This document shows, one piece after another, positions 40,301 to 52,000 of a stretch of DNA of 64,000 bases. The notes under the pieces were generated by a model. The model was not told the origin of the DNA, did not search any database, and saw nothing but the letters and a program-made list of their open reading frames with translations. Made by a program: the position numbers and the translations under genes. Position 1 is the stretch's first letter; each line of letters starts with the position of its first letter. Source of the stretch: Macrostomum hystrix (Eukaryota; Animalia; Platyhelminthes); contig CATNEN010000008.1 in the NCBI GenBank assembly GCA_950097015.1, positions 1,736,001 through 1,800,000 on the forward strand, in the 5' to 3' direction.

Positions 40301-42774
40301 GGACTGGATGGTTATGGAGAATTAGGGGATTGGGAAGCAGGGACTGGATGGTTATGGAGAATTAGGGGATTGGGAAGCAGGGACTGGATGGTTATGGAGA
40401 ATTAGGGGATTGGGAAGCAGGGACTGGATGGTTATGGAGAATTAGGGATTAGGAAGCAGGGATCGAATCATAATTATGGAGAATTAGGGGATTGGGAAGC
40501 AGGGACTGGATGGTTATGGAGAATTAGGGGCTTAGGAAGCAGGGACTGGATGGTTATGGAGAATTAGGGGATTGGGAAGCAGGGACTGGATGGTTATGGA
40601 GAATTAGGGGCTTAGGAAGCAGGGACTGGATGGTTATGGAGAATTAGGGGATTGGGAAGCAGGGACTGGATGGTTATGGAGAATTAGGGGATTGGGAAGC
40701 AGGGATCGGATCATAATTATGGAGAATTAGGGATTAGGAAGCAGGGATCGAATCATAATTATGGAGAATTAGGGGATTAGGAAGCAGAGATCGGATGAAT
40801 ATGGAGAATTAGGGGATTAGGGGCAGGGGTCGATAGTCATAGAGGATTAAGGCATTAGGGATCTGAGTGATTTTATATCGAGGTTTTGATAACTGACTGA
40901 CAACAACATTGTTCGTCCTTTGTAAGTGTGCAGATTTGCCAACCCCAGGAACAGAACTCACCCAAAGTGGGAGTCAAAGTAATCCTTCTGCTGCCTAGCG
41001 GTGCTATCCGGTGCGCTCCACAGATCCACAGGATCGGTGGTTACCTTGAATCGAATGATACCGCAGCTCAGGACAAGGCAGGCCAGCAGGCCGATAGTCA
41101 GGACCAGCACAGGGTGTCCAGACACAGCTCGGCCCCAGGCGGCAAAGGCGGATTCAATTCTGCGATCGAATCCGGCGCAGATTCTCTCCGAGGCCGCGTC
41201 GCCAGAAGAGGAGCCAGATGAGGACGAAGATTTAATCTTGGAGGCGACTAGGGCGGCTTCGGAGTGAGACAGCGGCTGCCTGGTCTGGTGCGGCAGGAAG
41301 CATTCGCGACTGCTCTGTGATGTCATGCCGAAGGTTACACCGTTCGGCGGACAGCTGTCAGTTGAAGCGGCGGCAGCGGCGGCTGCGGCTGTGGCGGCCG
41401 CGGCATCATCTTCTGGATCTTCGATAGCGGCATTGTCGATCGGTTCGGCTGTAGCGTCACCATTTCGTTGACGACGCATCGGCGAGGCTCGCTTCGAAGG
41501 CGGCGAATAGACGTAGAAGTACAGGTTGGAAGCGGAGAAAGCAACAAGGAAGGTGACGTAGCCAATGGCGAGGCCGATGTACCAGACGCTGATGCCGAAA
41601 ATTCGCCAACCGCTTGTGCTGCCAGGCAGTGAGCCGACGTCACTGTTAACGCCGTCAGGTTCGGAGGCGCAGACAGCTGGACAGTCGACACAGGAGCAGG
41701 CGGCGTAGCCTTTGTAACCGCTCTGGCAGGGCACAATGATGGTGTTCATGCCGCACTGGGTTTTAGAAGCAGCGACTGGTGCGGCTGGACGCGAAGTCGA
41801 AGCGGTTGTCAGTTTATTTGTGACAGAATCGGTGACAGCGGTATTATTCGACTTCGCGGAATACACTGATGTTGCAGGCTTTTTAGCTCCAGTTGTTGAA
41901 GTACCAGTTGCCACGGTTGACGACAGCGACACCGTGGCAGTTGTGGTTGCCACGTCCGGGACGGGCTTATGTTTGAGATCGTCGTAGTCGCCAAAGTCAA
42001 AATCTTCCGGTTCGGAGCGACGCACGCGGCCTAAAGCTGGCGATTTGACCGGACAGGCGTTGTCAACCACGCTAAATTTGGTGACAAACGGAGCGTAGGG
42101 ATTAATACTCGGACTGCCAAGAAAATTTAATACATCCAAAACTGTGCACTTCGCAGCCGGAGTTGGATAACAAAGGGAGCCGATGACTTTGTCGTTGCCC
42201 ATCGATACGCTGCGACAGCTGTTAAACATGCCCTCGGCAAACTGCCGACTAACTGTGTAGTCAATCTGCAGAACTCCGCGCGTTTTCGGATCAGTTTCAA
42301 CGACGCGCAAAAACTCGTCCTGCCGAGGCGAGCAGGCGTATTGACAATAGAGGCTGCGAAAGTTGCGCCAGCAGCTGGGACAGCGTTGGAACAGCATGCC
42401 AGCATTGCCAAGACCGGAGCTCAGCGATAACACCTGGCTGGCTGAGCAGCACAGCTGTGGGTGACCGTCGGGACCACGCATGTCGCTCTCTAGCATCTCT
42501 GGACACAGCTGGGCCAGGGTATTCAAAGCACTAGCATTGGTCATAGGCTGGGGTGGTCCATTGTATTCACAGTTCAGCGGCTTGCCAGTAGTTGGGCTCA
42601 GGCCGCACTCATTGTGCCAAACACAGCTTGTGGAAGCCTACAATACATACATCATATAAGTCATGTAAATATATTTGTAGAGCTATTGGAATATCTAGAT
42701 ATCCAATATATTAAAACACTTACCAAATGCACACAGATGGCAAGAACAAATCCAAATGCAGATATTATATTCAT
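28365..42774 (-). CDS. NPC1: NPC intracellular cholesterol transporter 1 (Niemann-Pick C1 family), 8 coding exons, ~1496 aa
   Basis: Exons 42774-42724, 42637-40962, 35528-35240, 34664-34366, 33623-33012, 32119-30934, 29944-29668, 28465-28365, all phases compatible. Signal peptide; [34 protein letters not shown]; TTDPVDLWS; FGPFFRTEQ; [22 protein letters not shown]; GLDQ..P.DSY; VGPPVYFV; [13 protein letters not shown]; GISVEFCSH; [11 protein letters not shown]. Confidence 0.96.
28505..28880. repeat. Degenerate low-copy repeats (GATTATCTCCCAACAGTCCCC..) in the NPC1 last intron
   Basis: Includes a ~62-bp direct duplication at about 28620-28745. Confidence 0.6.
29300..29630. repeat. 21-bp minisatellite (CTATCTCACCCTTTCAACCCW)
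   Basis: Read directly; NPC1 intron 7. Confidence 0.92.
30093..30810 (+). mobile_element. 5'-truncated tRNA-derived SINE (family B) interrupted by a ~570-bp G-rich minisatellite insertion
   Basis: Colinear with the 45121 copy: CTGAGCTCGATTC..GCGAGGCC.CATTCATTT..TTGCAATT [insert] CCCTTGAGGG.CAACCT..GCACAGTGA..GAAAGTC.GGGCAGAT. Confidence 0.75.
30149..30685. repeat. 24-bp G-rich minisatellite (ATTAGGGTAGGGGATAGGGTCGGG)
   Basis: Read directly; four G-runs per unit give G-quadruplex potential. Confidence 0.95.
30840..30925 (-). mobile_element. tRNA-like SINE head (A box TGGTAGAGC, B box GTTCGAATC) lacking the anticodon arm
   Basis: Minus strand reads TTGGTAGAGCAAGAGGTCGGGAGTTCGAATC, starting just after the NPC1 exon-6 donor. 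Confidence 0.55.
32160..32985. repeat. 32-bp minisatellite (CAGGTAACCCTAAATACCTGACCCAGTGTCTT), ~25 copies
   Basis: Read directly; fills NPC1 intron 5. Confidence 0.96.
33715..34355. repeat. 38-bp minisatellite (CCATGACCTCTGTATTACAGTTTCCCATGTTCTCATTT), ~17 copies
   Basis: Read directly; fills NPC1 intron 4. Confidence 0.96.
34710..35185. repeat. 29-bp minisatellite (AACTGAAGATCATTATCCCTGAAGCTGCT), ~16 copies
   Basis: Read directly; fills NPC1 intron 3. Confidence 0.96.
36457..36875. mobile_element. Non-autonomous hAT (Charlie/Buster-type) MITE, 419 bp
   Basis: TIRs CAGGGGTCGGCAAACT and AGTTTGCCTACCCCTG; perfect 8-bp TSD TACTAGAG (36449-36456 and 36876-36883); GGCCCGC subterminal repeats; internal CTCATCTCTCCC-type minisatellite at 36540-36790. 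Confidence 0.9.
37340..38230. repeat. 21/22-bp minisatellite (GTGAGTTTGATGTCAAAGGCC), ~42 copies
   Basis: Read directly; NPC1 intron 2. Confidence 0.96.
38650..40830. repeat. 40-bp minisatellite (GGGAAGCAGGGACTGGATGGTTATGGAGAATTAGGGGATT), ~54 near-identical copies
   Basis: Read directly; NPC1 intron 2; degenerates at the right edge. Confidence 0.97.
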
Positions 42775-44080
42775 CTGAAACAAGGAGCAACAACACTAAT
42801 CAATGATACATATGTATGCATAAAATGAATGATTTTTTCTTTCTTATTAAATATAATACTTATTTAGTGCTTAACAAAAAAGCCATGACCTTACTAGATA
42901 TTACATGGAAGATTCTGATTCTGCAATGAATAAAGTGGCTAAAGTACTACAAAAATATTTTATGCATACAAATAATAATTATTTTTGTCTAACTATACTC
43001 TTATCTAATTAAAAACTACCAACAAAGTTTCCTTTCTTTCCAACAAAGTTCTTAGGCCTGCTAAATAAACTAGCTAAGAAAAGAATAATAACATGTTATA
43101 TCTTTTTAGGTTAAAACCCAATATATAGCTAAAAATTTTTAAAAATAAATTCGTATTAATTAGGTAAAAAAACTAACAGTTACTAATTAAAATAACTAAC
43201 TAACCAAGTAAAAATATGTTTAAATGCTGAACGTATAAATAAAAAGCGGCTAATTAATTCCATAGCAATTGATTTATAACAATGGCTTTTGATATGAGAG
43301 TGTAGAAAAATAAGATCGTGGAGGCTTGATATAGGCTTGAGAAAACAGCAAAAGACACTGGGCAATCACAGAAAAAAGCTTCTTTGTTAGCAACGAAGTG
43401 GCGCCATATTTATCGTAACCTTCGCATAAAAGATAAAGGGGCGCCTAACAAGAACATTCATTTCATACTGTTTAATTTTAACTTATTTCAGTAAAAAAAG
43501 AAAAAAAGAAGCGCGTGCTATTTCCAAAACCATAAATTCGTTGCGATTGTTTTTCTGTTTTATACTTTTTTCCGGATTAAAAAACGTAAATTGTTTTTAA
43601 CTCAGCATTTTAACTCAGTGCTAAGCGTATTCTTGACAAGTTTTACTGTTGGTTATGAAGATAGATAAAACAAAAAGTAATAGTTTTTTGTTAGCAACAT
43701 TACTGAAACTCGCAATATAAAAAGCAGAGTTTAATTGTAACCAAATGGAAGCTCAAATTTTTGTTTAAGTATTTTGCCGACTTAAGCCGGTTTTATGCAC
43801 TTTTATGCACATCACTTCTGCTTTTGTACCATAAAAGTAGTGCCTTTTGAATTAAAACTATTTATTCGAAAAAAGATAAAGAGAGAGTCATACATCTTAA
43901 CCCTTTAGAACGGAGTTACGCTGAAAAATAATTACTTCCAAGCCACAACAGTCACTACAACCACTACAATTGCAACCATTTAATTTTTTCGCTTGTAATT
44001 TATTAATGGGATCAAAAAATTAAGTAAGATTGTTGGAATTTTTCGTTAATAACTTTATCCGAAAATGGTCTTCCGCATTT

Positions 44081-45766
44081 TTAAAGCACCACAAATCCCT
44101 TCGCGGATACAGTAGAGTGTCCGATTAGAGCCACTCGGCCGCGTTCCACGTCAACCTTCAGGCCAAGGACGCCGCCACGTCGGCTACACTGCTTGGCCAG
44201 CAGGTTGTCCCGGCCACCAAGTCTGTTTCTCCAATAAACGGCTAGAACTGTGTGCGCCGCGCCAGTCACGGGGTCCTCGGGTATGCCAACCCAGGGAGCG
44301 AAGTAGCGGGATAGAAAGTCGTAACGAACTTCGCCGCCTTTTTAAAGTAGTAAATTTAAAATATACACAATTAACTTGCTGTGTAATTTATCTAATTAAT
44401 CCTCACTAAAATAAGCACAGCTAAATCAGTAGATAGAAAGAAATCAGAGCTTTCTATTCTGTTTGTATGGCTGTACATAGCTTTCTATGGCACATCCAGA
44501 GGCTGCATAGCTGCTCAGTACACGGAATGGGGCGATGCCACACCGACTACAATATCTACTCCAGCTAATGTTGACACCTTTTTAACAGCTGGGTAAAACT
44601 GAAGCAATAAGCAACTAAGTGTCACGTCCTAGGACACAATTACTTTGTCCCTCGCCGGAGATACGAACTCATAGGTGTCTTAAACAACCTACCAAGAAGT
44701 TTAGATAAACCCTTACGAACCTTCCTCAGCGTCTCCCTCGTCCCTGCGATATCCCTCGCCGCTCATGGTGACAATGACACCTCGAATGTGACTTCCAGTG
44801 GGCGCTGCAGCCATCAAAGCTGCCGCGTCCGGCCGCATTCCTAGAAACTGGTCCGCTAGACTCGGCCCCAGCTCAATCAGCAGCTTCTGCCGATCTGGCG
44901 AATGAGCCAGGCCGATAATGGTCGAGTTAAAGTTTTCTACAATGTCGGCGCCAAGAATCGCCGTCAGCAGGGCCGGCGTGACGTCACGTTCGCCCAGAGA
45001 GATCGGCTCAACCGACCCCAGCGGTAGGTCCAGACTCCACTCATTGGTTTCCGAGTTCCTTTTTAGAAAGATTTCATGAAATAAAAAACTTGATTTGAAA
45101 CCAAGCTACGCGAACCAACTAAGACTAGAGTGGTCTAAGCGTAACCTCTCGCACCAAGGTCCCTGAGCTCGATTCAGCGGCGAGGCCACATTCATTTGGG
45201 GCGCAGCCGCGGAGAGAAGGCTTGGGGCTTGCAATTTTGGCCCTTGAGGGTCAACCTTCACGGCACAGTGAAGTGCATGAAGATGGGAAAGTCAGGGCAG
45301 ATCACACCTGTGTATCTGTGTTTCCATCGAATTCCCAGCTTGAGCAGAATAAAATCAGAAGCCCAACTCACCTAGCAACCGTCAGTCGGCCGCTCAGTGT
45401 GTCGAATTCGATTCGCTGTCCGGCTAGCACCGAGCCGCGCAGGTGCTGGTGGACGGCGGTGGCCGCGGCGAGGGTGGCGTGACCGCAAAGTGCCACCTCG
45501 CACGCGGGCGTGAACCAGCGCAGTCGCATTGGGGCCAGAGCCGCCGTGGCCTTCGAATCGTCGCCAGATTCAATGGCCGCCGACGGAAGCCAGACGAAGG
45601 CGGTCTCGGAGAGATTGAACTCGGCGGCCAGCGACTGCATCTCCGGCTCAGTCGGCAGCTGCTGATCCTTGGCCGGCGACAGAAGCACCACGGCTGCTGG
45701 ATTTCCGCGCCTTCGACGCTTTGTGAAGGCGTCGACTATGTAGAATGGGTATTGCTGCGTTGCCAT
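44081..45766 (-). CDS. PBLD: Phenazine biosynthesis PhzF-like epimerase/isomerase (PBLD family), 3 exons, 329 aa
   Basis: Exons 45766-45372, 45058-44721, 44337-44081, phases 2 and 1 consistent. Motifs: VDAFT..GNPAAV, NLSETAF, RWFTP..EV.LCGHATLA, FDTLSG.L, YDFLSRYFAPWVGIPEDPVTGAAH. Confidence 0.9.
45121..45345 (+). mobile_element. tRNA-derived SINE (family B), antisense in PBLD intron 1
   Basis: A-box-like TAGAGTGGTCTAAGCG and B-box-like GAGCTCGATTC; body shared with 30093-30810. Confidence 0.75.
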
Positions 45767-45994
45767 TAATAACAGGCCCTACTTAACAGCTGCAAATCCA
45801 AAAAGGAGAAAGACTTACAAACACATTTGAATAATGTGTATTTTTCCAGTTGCTTCTACAATATCATGAAATTCGTCCATTAATAATGAGATCCTGAAAC
45901 TATTTATCCAATTACTTGCCTGACAAGCTAGTACATAGTGGGCTAAACAAATGGGGCATGATTATCTCACCTGATATAATGCGACAAAGTAAAC

Positions 45995-46505
45995 ATAATT
46001 ATCTGTCACACCTGATAATGAGGTAGGTCAAACTGGAGGGAGGCATAATTATCTGTCACACCTGATTATGCGGTAGGTCAAACTGGAGGGAGCCATAATT
46101 ATCTGTCACACCTGATTATGCGGTAGGTCAAACTGGAGGGAGCCATAATTATCTGTCACACCTGATTATGCGGTAGGTCAAACTGGAGGGAGCCATAATT
46201 ATCTGTCACACCTGATTATGCGGTAGGTCAAACTGGAGGGAGACATAATTATCTGTCACACCTGATTATGCGGTAGGTCAAACTGGAGGGAGGCATAATT
46301 ATCTCTCACACCTGATTATGCCGTAGGTCAAACTGGAGGGAGCCATAATTATCTGTCACACCTGATTATGCGGTAGGTCAAACTGGAGGGAGCCATAATT
46401 ATCTGTCACACCTGATTATGCGGTAGGTCAAACTGGAGGGAGACATAATTATCTGTCACACCTGATTATGCGGTAGGTCAAACTGGAGGGAGCCATAATT
46501 ATCTC
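45995..46505. repeat. 50-bp minisatellite (CATAATTATCTGTCACACCTGATTATGCGGTAGGTCAAACTGGAGGGAGC), ~10 copies
   Basis: Read directly; lies between EML and PBLD. Confidence 0.95.
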
Positions 46506-47999
46506 TTATGATTGTATTATCGCAGATTGCGCACCTGATTTTGCGGCAGCGGACAGGTAAGAATGTCAGCTACTAGAGAGCGATCGTGTTTACAAAAAGT
46601 AAAAGTAAGTAAAGCAAACGATTTGGCTCGATAGATACAATCATGTCTTTATAAACATAAATATGATTAAGGCTTACTTATTTATGCGCTTTGAAAAGTG
46701 CAGTAAGACATTGTATTTTCCCAGAAAGCTTTGCTTCAAATTTTTTTTGGACAGCAAATAGGCAAAAAGTTCTTTAATATAGGCTACTAAGTCTACGTCG
46801 TGTGGCATTTAAAACCAGCCGAAAATGAACAGTCTATTAAGCGTTATAAATATAATTTGTAACAAAACAAATAACAATTAAATTAAACTACTTTTTACCA
46901 TTTCGTAATTCGTATAGTAAAACCGGAAAATTTGTTAGATCGTTCTCAACAAATAACAGCCATTTTAGACTAAACTTTGCTAGGTCTACATGCGAAAATA
47001 TTTAGAAATACAGAACAATGCAAAATAACAAAACAGAATAAAATGTTTTTAGGAAAAGAAGGTTTACTAATCAGCAATATCTCCAAAATATATCTAAAGC
47101 CTAATTTAATGAAGAACTATATTGCACATAAAACGGCACAATCGCCATAAATACGAAGAGTAGTGCAGTGACTAACCATAATTATTGCACGAATTGAAAA
47201 AGAGATCGATATAAGTAAAAGTACTTATTAAAAAAGAGCCAGTTTTTGTCCAGAAAACTGCTTTTGCTTTTAGAATTTTCTATAAATAAAGTTATCTTTA
47301 ACAAGAGAATAAAATAATGCCAGTCTATAAAGAGCCAGACGTCACTAAAGTACCGTTCACAAATAGCTTCGTTTATTTATTTCTTTATCACAAACTTAAA
47401 GCGATAAATTATAAGAGGTAAAACTAGTCAAAAACGAATTTTACTAAATTTAAACAAATTTATTAACGACTACAACACCCAACTCATGCTACTGATAGAA
47501 GAGAAAAACCACTAAGCAAATATTGCTAACAAAGAATAAAGGAACTGCAGCGTAGAAGCCACGGCAAGGAAAAGTATTTTTTCATATTAATTTTCGTGCT
47601 ATTTTAACAAAGAAAACATTAAACAGATGATTGTGACACTGCAGGTTATTTAAGTAATAGACAAAGAAAAAATTCTAAAATTAAAAAGACAATTCACGAA
47701 CCGTTTGTTTTATTTATTTTTGTGTTTTCGTTGTCTAATAAAGAGACGCACAACATGCTACTGAATATGACACAATCTAGATAAGTAGTAAGCTGAGATT
47801 CATAATATCAATAGGCTGCAGAGCGGATTAGAGTTTAAGAAAAAACTTGCACAAATAGTGTATGTTTGTATTCATTCACAAATCGATGCTTATTCGCCAT
47901 ATCTTTCCAATTGTTATTTAACAATATGATTACGTTACTGCTAGTCGATTTTCATTGGCTAAGGTTGGTTACGTGGTTCCGATCGTTAGTCACAATTCG

Positions 48000-48125
48000 T
48001 TCTAAAAATAGAAACTAATTTGTTCTAAATATAGAAACAATTAGTTCTAAAAATAGAAACTAATTTGTTCTAAAAATAGAAACAATTATCTCTTAAAATA
48101 TAAACAAATCAGTTCTAAAAAGTAA
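48000..48125. repeat. Degenerate AT-rich short repeats (TTCTAAAAATAGAAAC..)
   Basis: About 4-5 imperfect units. Confidence 0.6.
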
Positions 48126-49071
48126 AACTAATAACCCCATGGCCAATCGAAAATCTATATTATACAGTTTCTAATTGTCCAAAATAGATCTGGAAACTTA
48201 AATTGAAAGCAGGAACAAAGCACTTGGTTACAGATAATCAGCAAAGCATATTCTTGTAGCATCTGCCAAAGGTGGCGTTCATATTTTAAGCTTTCAATTT
48301 CATCGGTAATTAACTATGCGTTAAATAAGGCGTTCAATAGTACAAGTGAAAAACGTAAAGAAAATGTAAAAAGCTATATTTAACTCGTAAGCATCTCACA
48401 CGGGTAAAAAGGAGAGAAAAACGCTATAAAACAATGAGGCATAGACACAGAACTTTTTGGGACTTATTGCAATCTTTAAAATACGGGAAACAACAGCAAA
48501 GGCAAAAGCAGATAAAGAGATAGAGAGGAAATTTTATAATTTTTTTATTTGCTTTCTCGACCTTTAAAAACACGCTGGGCAACAGTCGGTAAATCCAGTT
48601 CTCGGGTACAATGAAAAATACTAAAAACGTGACGACAAGAAAACAATTACGTCGTAGAAGTTTTAGAATGAAGGCTCCGTCAAAGTGTTGACCCAAAAAA
48701 AGCTATCGATTAAAAACGACCTCGAAAAATGATAACCTTGAGGAGAATCCAATAACGCGATTAGCCCTACTAATTGATGGCCTCGAAAAAGACACTGACT
48801 CACGATAAAGAACGCTCTTGAGAAATACAAGATCAGAAAGAATGACCTTGACGAGTTCTAGTGCGCGACTGCTACGTACATCACGAAAAGTACTAGCTTA
48901 CTAATGATAACTTTGGATGACCTTGGAGAATCCAAAAGACCGTGATGGAAAATTCCTGGCAGCAGACGAAAGTCTTAAGAGAACTGGATTAGCGCTATGC
49001 AGTGACCTTCAAACCCAAACCTAATCAAACGACCTTGAACAAGTGACCTTGAAAGTGATTCCGATCAGCGC

Positions 49072-52000
49072 TTAAAGAATCTCCCACTGCAGAACGGCGA
49101 AGTCGCGTCCGCCAGTAGACAACAGCCGGGAGTCGTCGCGCAGGAAGCGCACATTAGTCACGTGACTTGAATGACCGCCGTAGGCGTGACTGCGTGACTT
49201 GGCCTGATAGCAGGGGTGGCGGAATAGCGACACGTTGCCAAAGTCGTCGCCGCTAGCCAGCAGGCTGTGGCCGGCGCTACGGTCGCAGGCGTTGACATCG
49301 GTACCATCGGCGCCCTCTGGCCAGATGCCGGCGGTCTGGAAGGTCAGGGTGCAGCGCTGGCTGGCCCAGGCCACGTCGCGCAGAGTGGCAGCGGCTGGCA
49401 CCTGGCGACAGTTGGCGGCAGTCCAGAACAGCAGCTCGTGATCGCCGGAGTTCGAGCGCAGATTGGCGCCATCGGCCGACCAGTCCAGGTGTGTGACAAA
49501 CGACGAATGGCCGCAGCATTTGCCGATGCGAGAATATTTGCGCCCAGCCTCTGTGCAGGAGTACACGTACAGGCAGTTGTCGCGAGAGCCGAGGGCCAGC
49601 ATGGAACCGTCTGGAAATTGTTTTTGTCTTTCATTTAGCCGGGGCTGAATAAAGAGTGCTGTTAATTTTCAAATAGTATTACTATAAGTAGAGCAACGAG
49701 CCGCTCAGTCCATGGACTGGGGGACGCCACACCCACCTTCAATTTCCCTAGCTGAATGACTAAAACAATACAGAGTTTGGTATCTTGCACGGGAGTCGAA
49801 CCACCGACCTTCATTAGGCTGCAACCCCGACTGAAAATATAATCTCGAACTTGATTAAAACTTGAATGACACTTGGATAAAGCCAACTAACACGCCAAGA
49901 CCCAACTAACTAGTAGGCCAGTCAGTTTGTTGGCCATTAAATGTAGAAAGACAACGGGGGCATTTCAAATATCCAAATTTCTCTTTCTTCTGTATCATAC
50001 AAAATGTTCAACCCATCGCCATCAAAATCCAGGGCACCGGCTAGAATTTTCCGCTCTAACCGCTGAAACAACTTCCAGAATCACAAAACATCGGCATCGG
50101 CGAGATATTCAACGATTCTCTGCGAGTGTAAGGCCGGCAAAAACCACCAATATTGGCTTGATTTTTCTGGTCACAAAATTTAATCACTCCTCAAACACCT
50201 ACTGACAGTAGAAAGTAAAGAGTTTTTGCTAATTAACAAAAATGTCGGCTCACCAGGCGAGAATTCCAGACACTCGATCTGTTCGTTGCCATCGGTGTGT
50301 ACGGCCACAATCTCGCGCCTCTGCGAGTCCAGCACGTACCAGCGCCCGGTCTGGCAGCCCACAGCCAGTGTCTCACCAGTGGGATGAAAGCAGGCACAAT
50401 GAGCCGGATCATTCAGCTCCTTGCTCCACACAACCTGGTGGGTGAGCGCGTCCCACAGGTAGATCCATTTGTCGTAGGCGCAGGTGGCAAACTGCAGCTG
50501 GCTGGGGTGGCAGGCCAGGCCCCACAGCTCCTCAACGTGGCCCTCCACAATGGGAGAGAAGTCTAGGTTGAAGGCGCCCTGGCGATTGTGTTGGCAGGCG
50601 GCGGTTGCAAACAAATCAAATAGGTTCTTTCGTTCACATATAAAATCATTCACAACGAGTCACAACGACACACCTGCAGGATGCAGTTGCGGGTGGTGCC
50701 AACCAGCACCACGTTACCAGGTCCCTGGGACAGAGTCCTGATTGGCCCGAACTGCTCGGGAATGACGGCCTCAGATCCTGTGCGACTGTAGGCGGCGTCC
50801 CACTGCACCAGACGTCGGTCCTTGCCGCCGGACACCAGGTTGTCGTCCTTCAGCACGCAGAGGCTGAAGATGCCGCCCTCGTGAGCGCCAGTGACCGCGT
50901 GAGAGATCTTGTTGCCACCGCGGGCCCACACGAGGATGTTGCCGTTTGAATCCCCGGTGATTAGGTCGCCATTTTGGGCGAATGTCAGGCAGAGGACAAA
51001 CTTTGGCTTCTCGTATTTCTGAAAGCGGATTGGCGGCAACAGTCAGATGACAAAGAGCTAGGAATAGTTTGATTAGTTCACAGGCGCTATTAGTTATCCT
51101 AAAGCTAGGATAATCCTTGAGCTATTCTTATTGTTTTGAAACGGGTATTGATTCAACATTGAACTTAAACTAATGCGATTGGTTTAAAATTGCAACTTAT
51201 TTAACCTTGAGCTTGAACCATTCCTATTGGTTTGCAACAGCTATATATTTGACCTTGAGCTTGAACCATTCCTATTGGTTTGCAACAGCTATATATTTGA
51301 CCTTGAGCTTGAACCATTCCTATTGGTTTGCAACAGCTATATATTTGACCTTGAGCTTGAACCATTCCTATTGGTTTGCAACAGCTATATATTTGACCTT
51401 GAGCTTGAACCATTCCTATTGGTTTGCAACCGCTATATATTTGACCTTGAGCTTGAACCATACCTATTGGTTTGCAACAGCTATATATTTGACCTTGAGC
51501 TTGAACTATTCCTATTGGTTTGCAACAGCTATTCATTTGACCTTGAACTTAACTATTCTAATTGGTTCTAAATCAAGTGTCACTTCATTTTTAACTGAAA
51601 CAGTTTCAATTGGCTATAGATACATACGAGTCGCCTGATCTAAAACCGAATTCAACTTTAAATTGTCAAACTCACCTCAAAGACGCCATTCTTCTTTGCC
51701 AGCTGACCACCCTCCATGGTCCAGAAGGTGAGCTGGTTCTTGCCGCAGGTGACAATGGTGTTATTATCCAACGGGTGGTACTCGCAGCCCAGCACGGGAT
51801 CTCCGGAAGTCTTTGTCTCGGCCAGTTTGTGAGGCTTGCGCCAGTCCCACACTGAGATCATGTGCTCATTGGATTCGTCCACGGCGCAGAGAAAATTGCC
51901 GCCGTCGGCGCGGCTGAAGGCCAGGCAGCAGACGGCCCGCTCGAAGTCGCCGAGGCCGAGCACGTGCAGAGTGCTCAAATCCACGCTGTTCCACACGCGA

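Noticed and set aside
44081-45766. Horizontal transfer of a bacterial phzF, or of nanA at 5234
   Set aside because: Both have spliceosomal introns and host-like exon composition, and PBLD and NPL homologues are normal animal genes; only a phylogeny could revive this.
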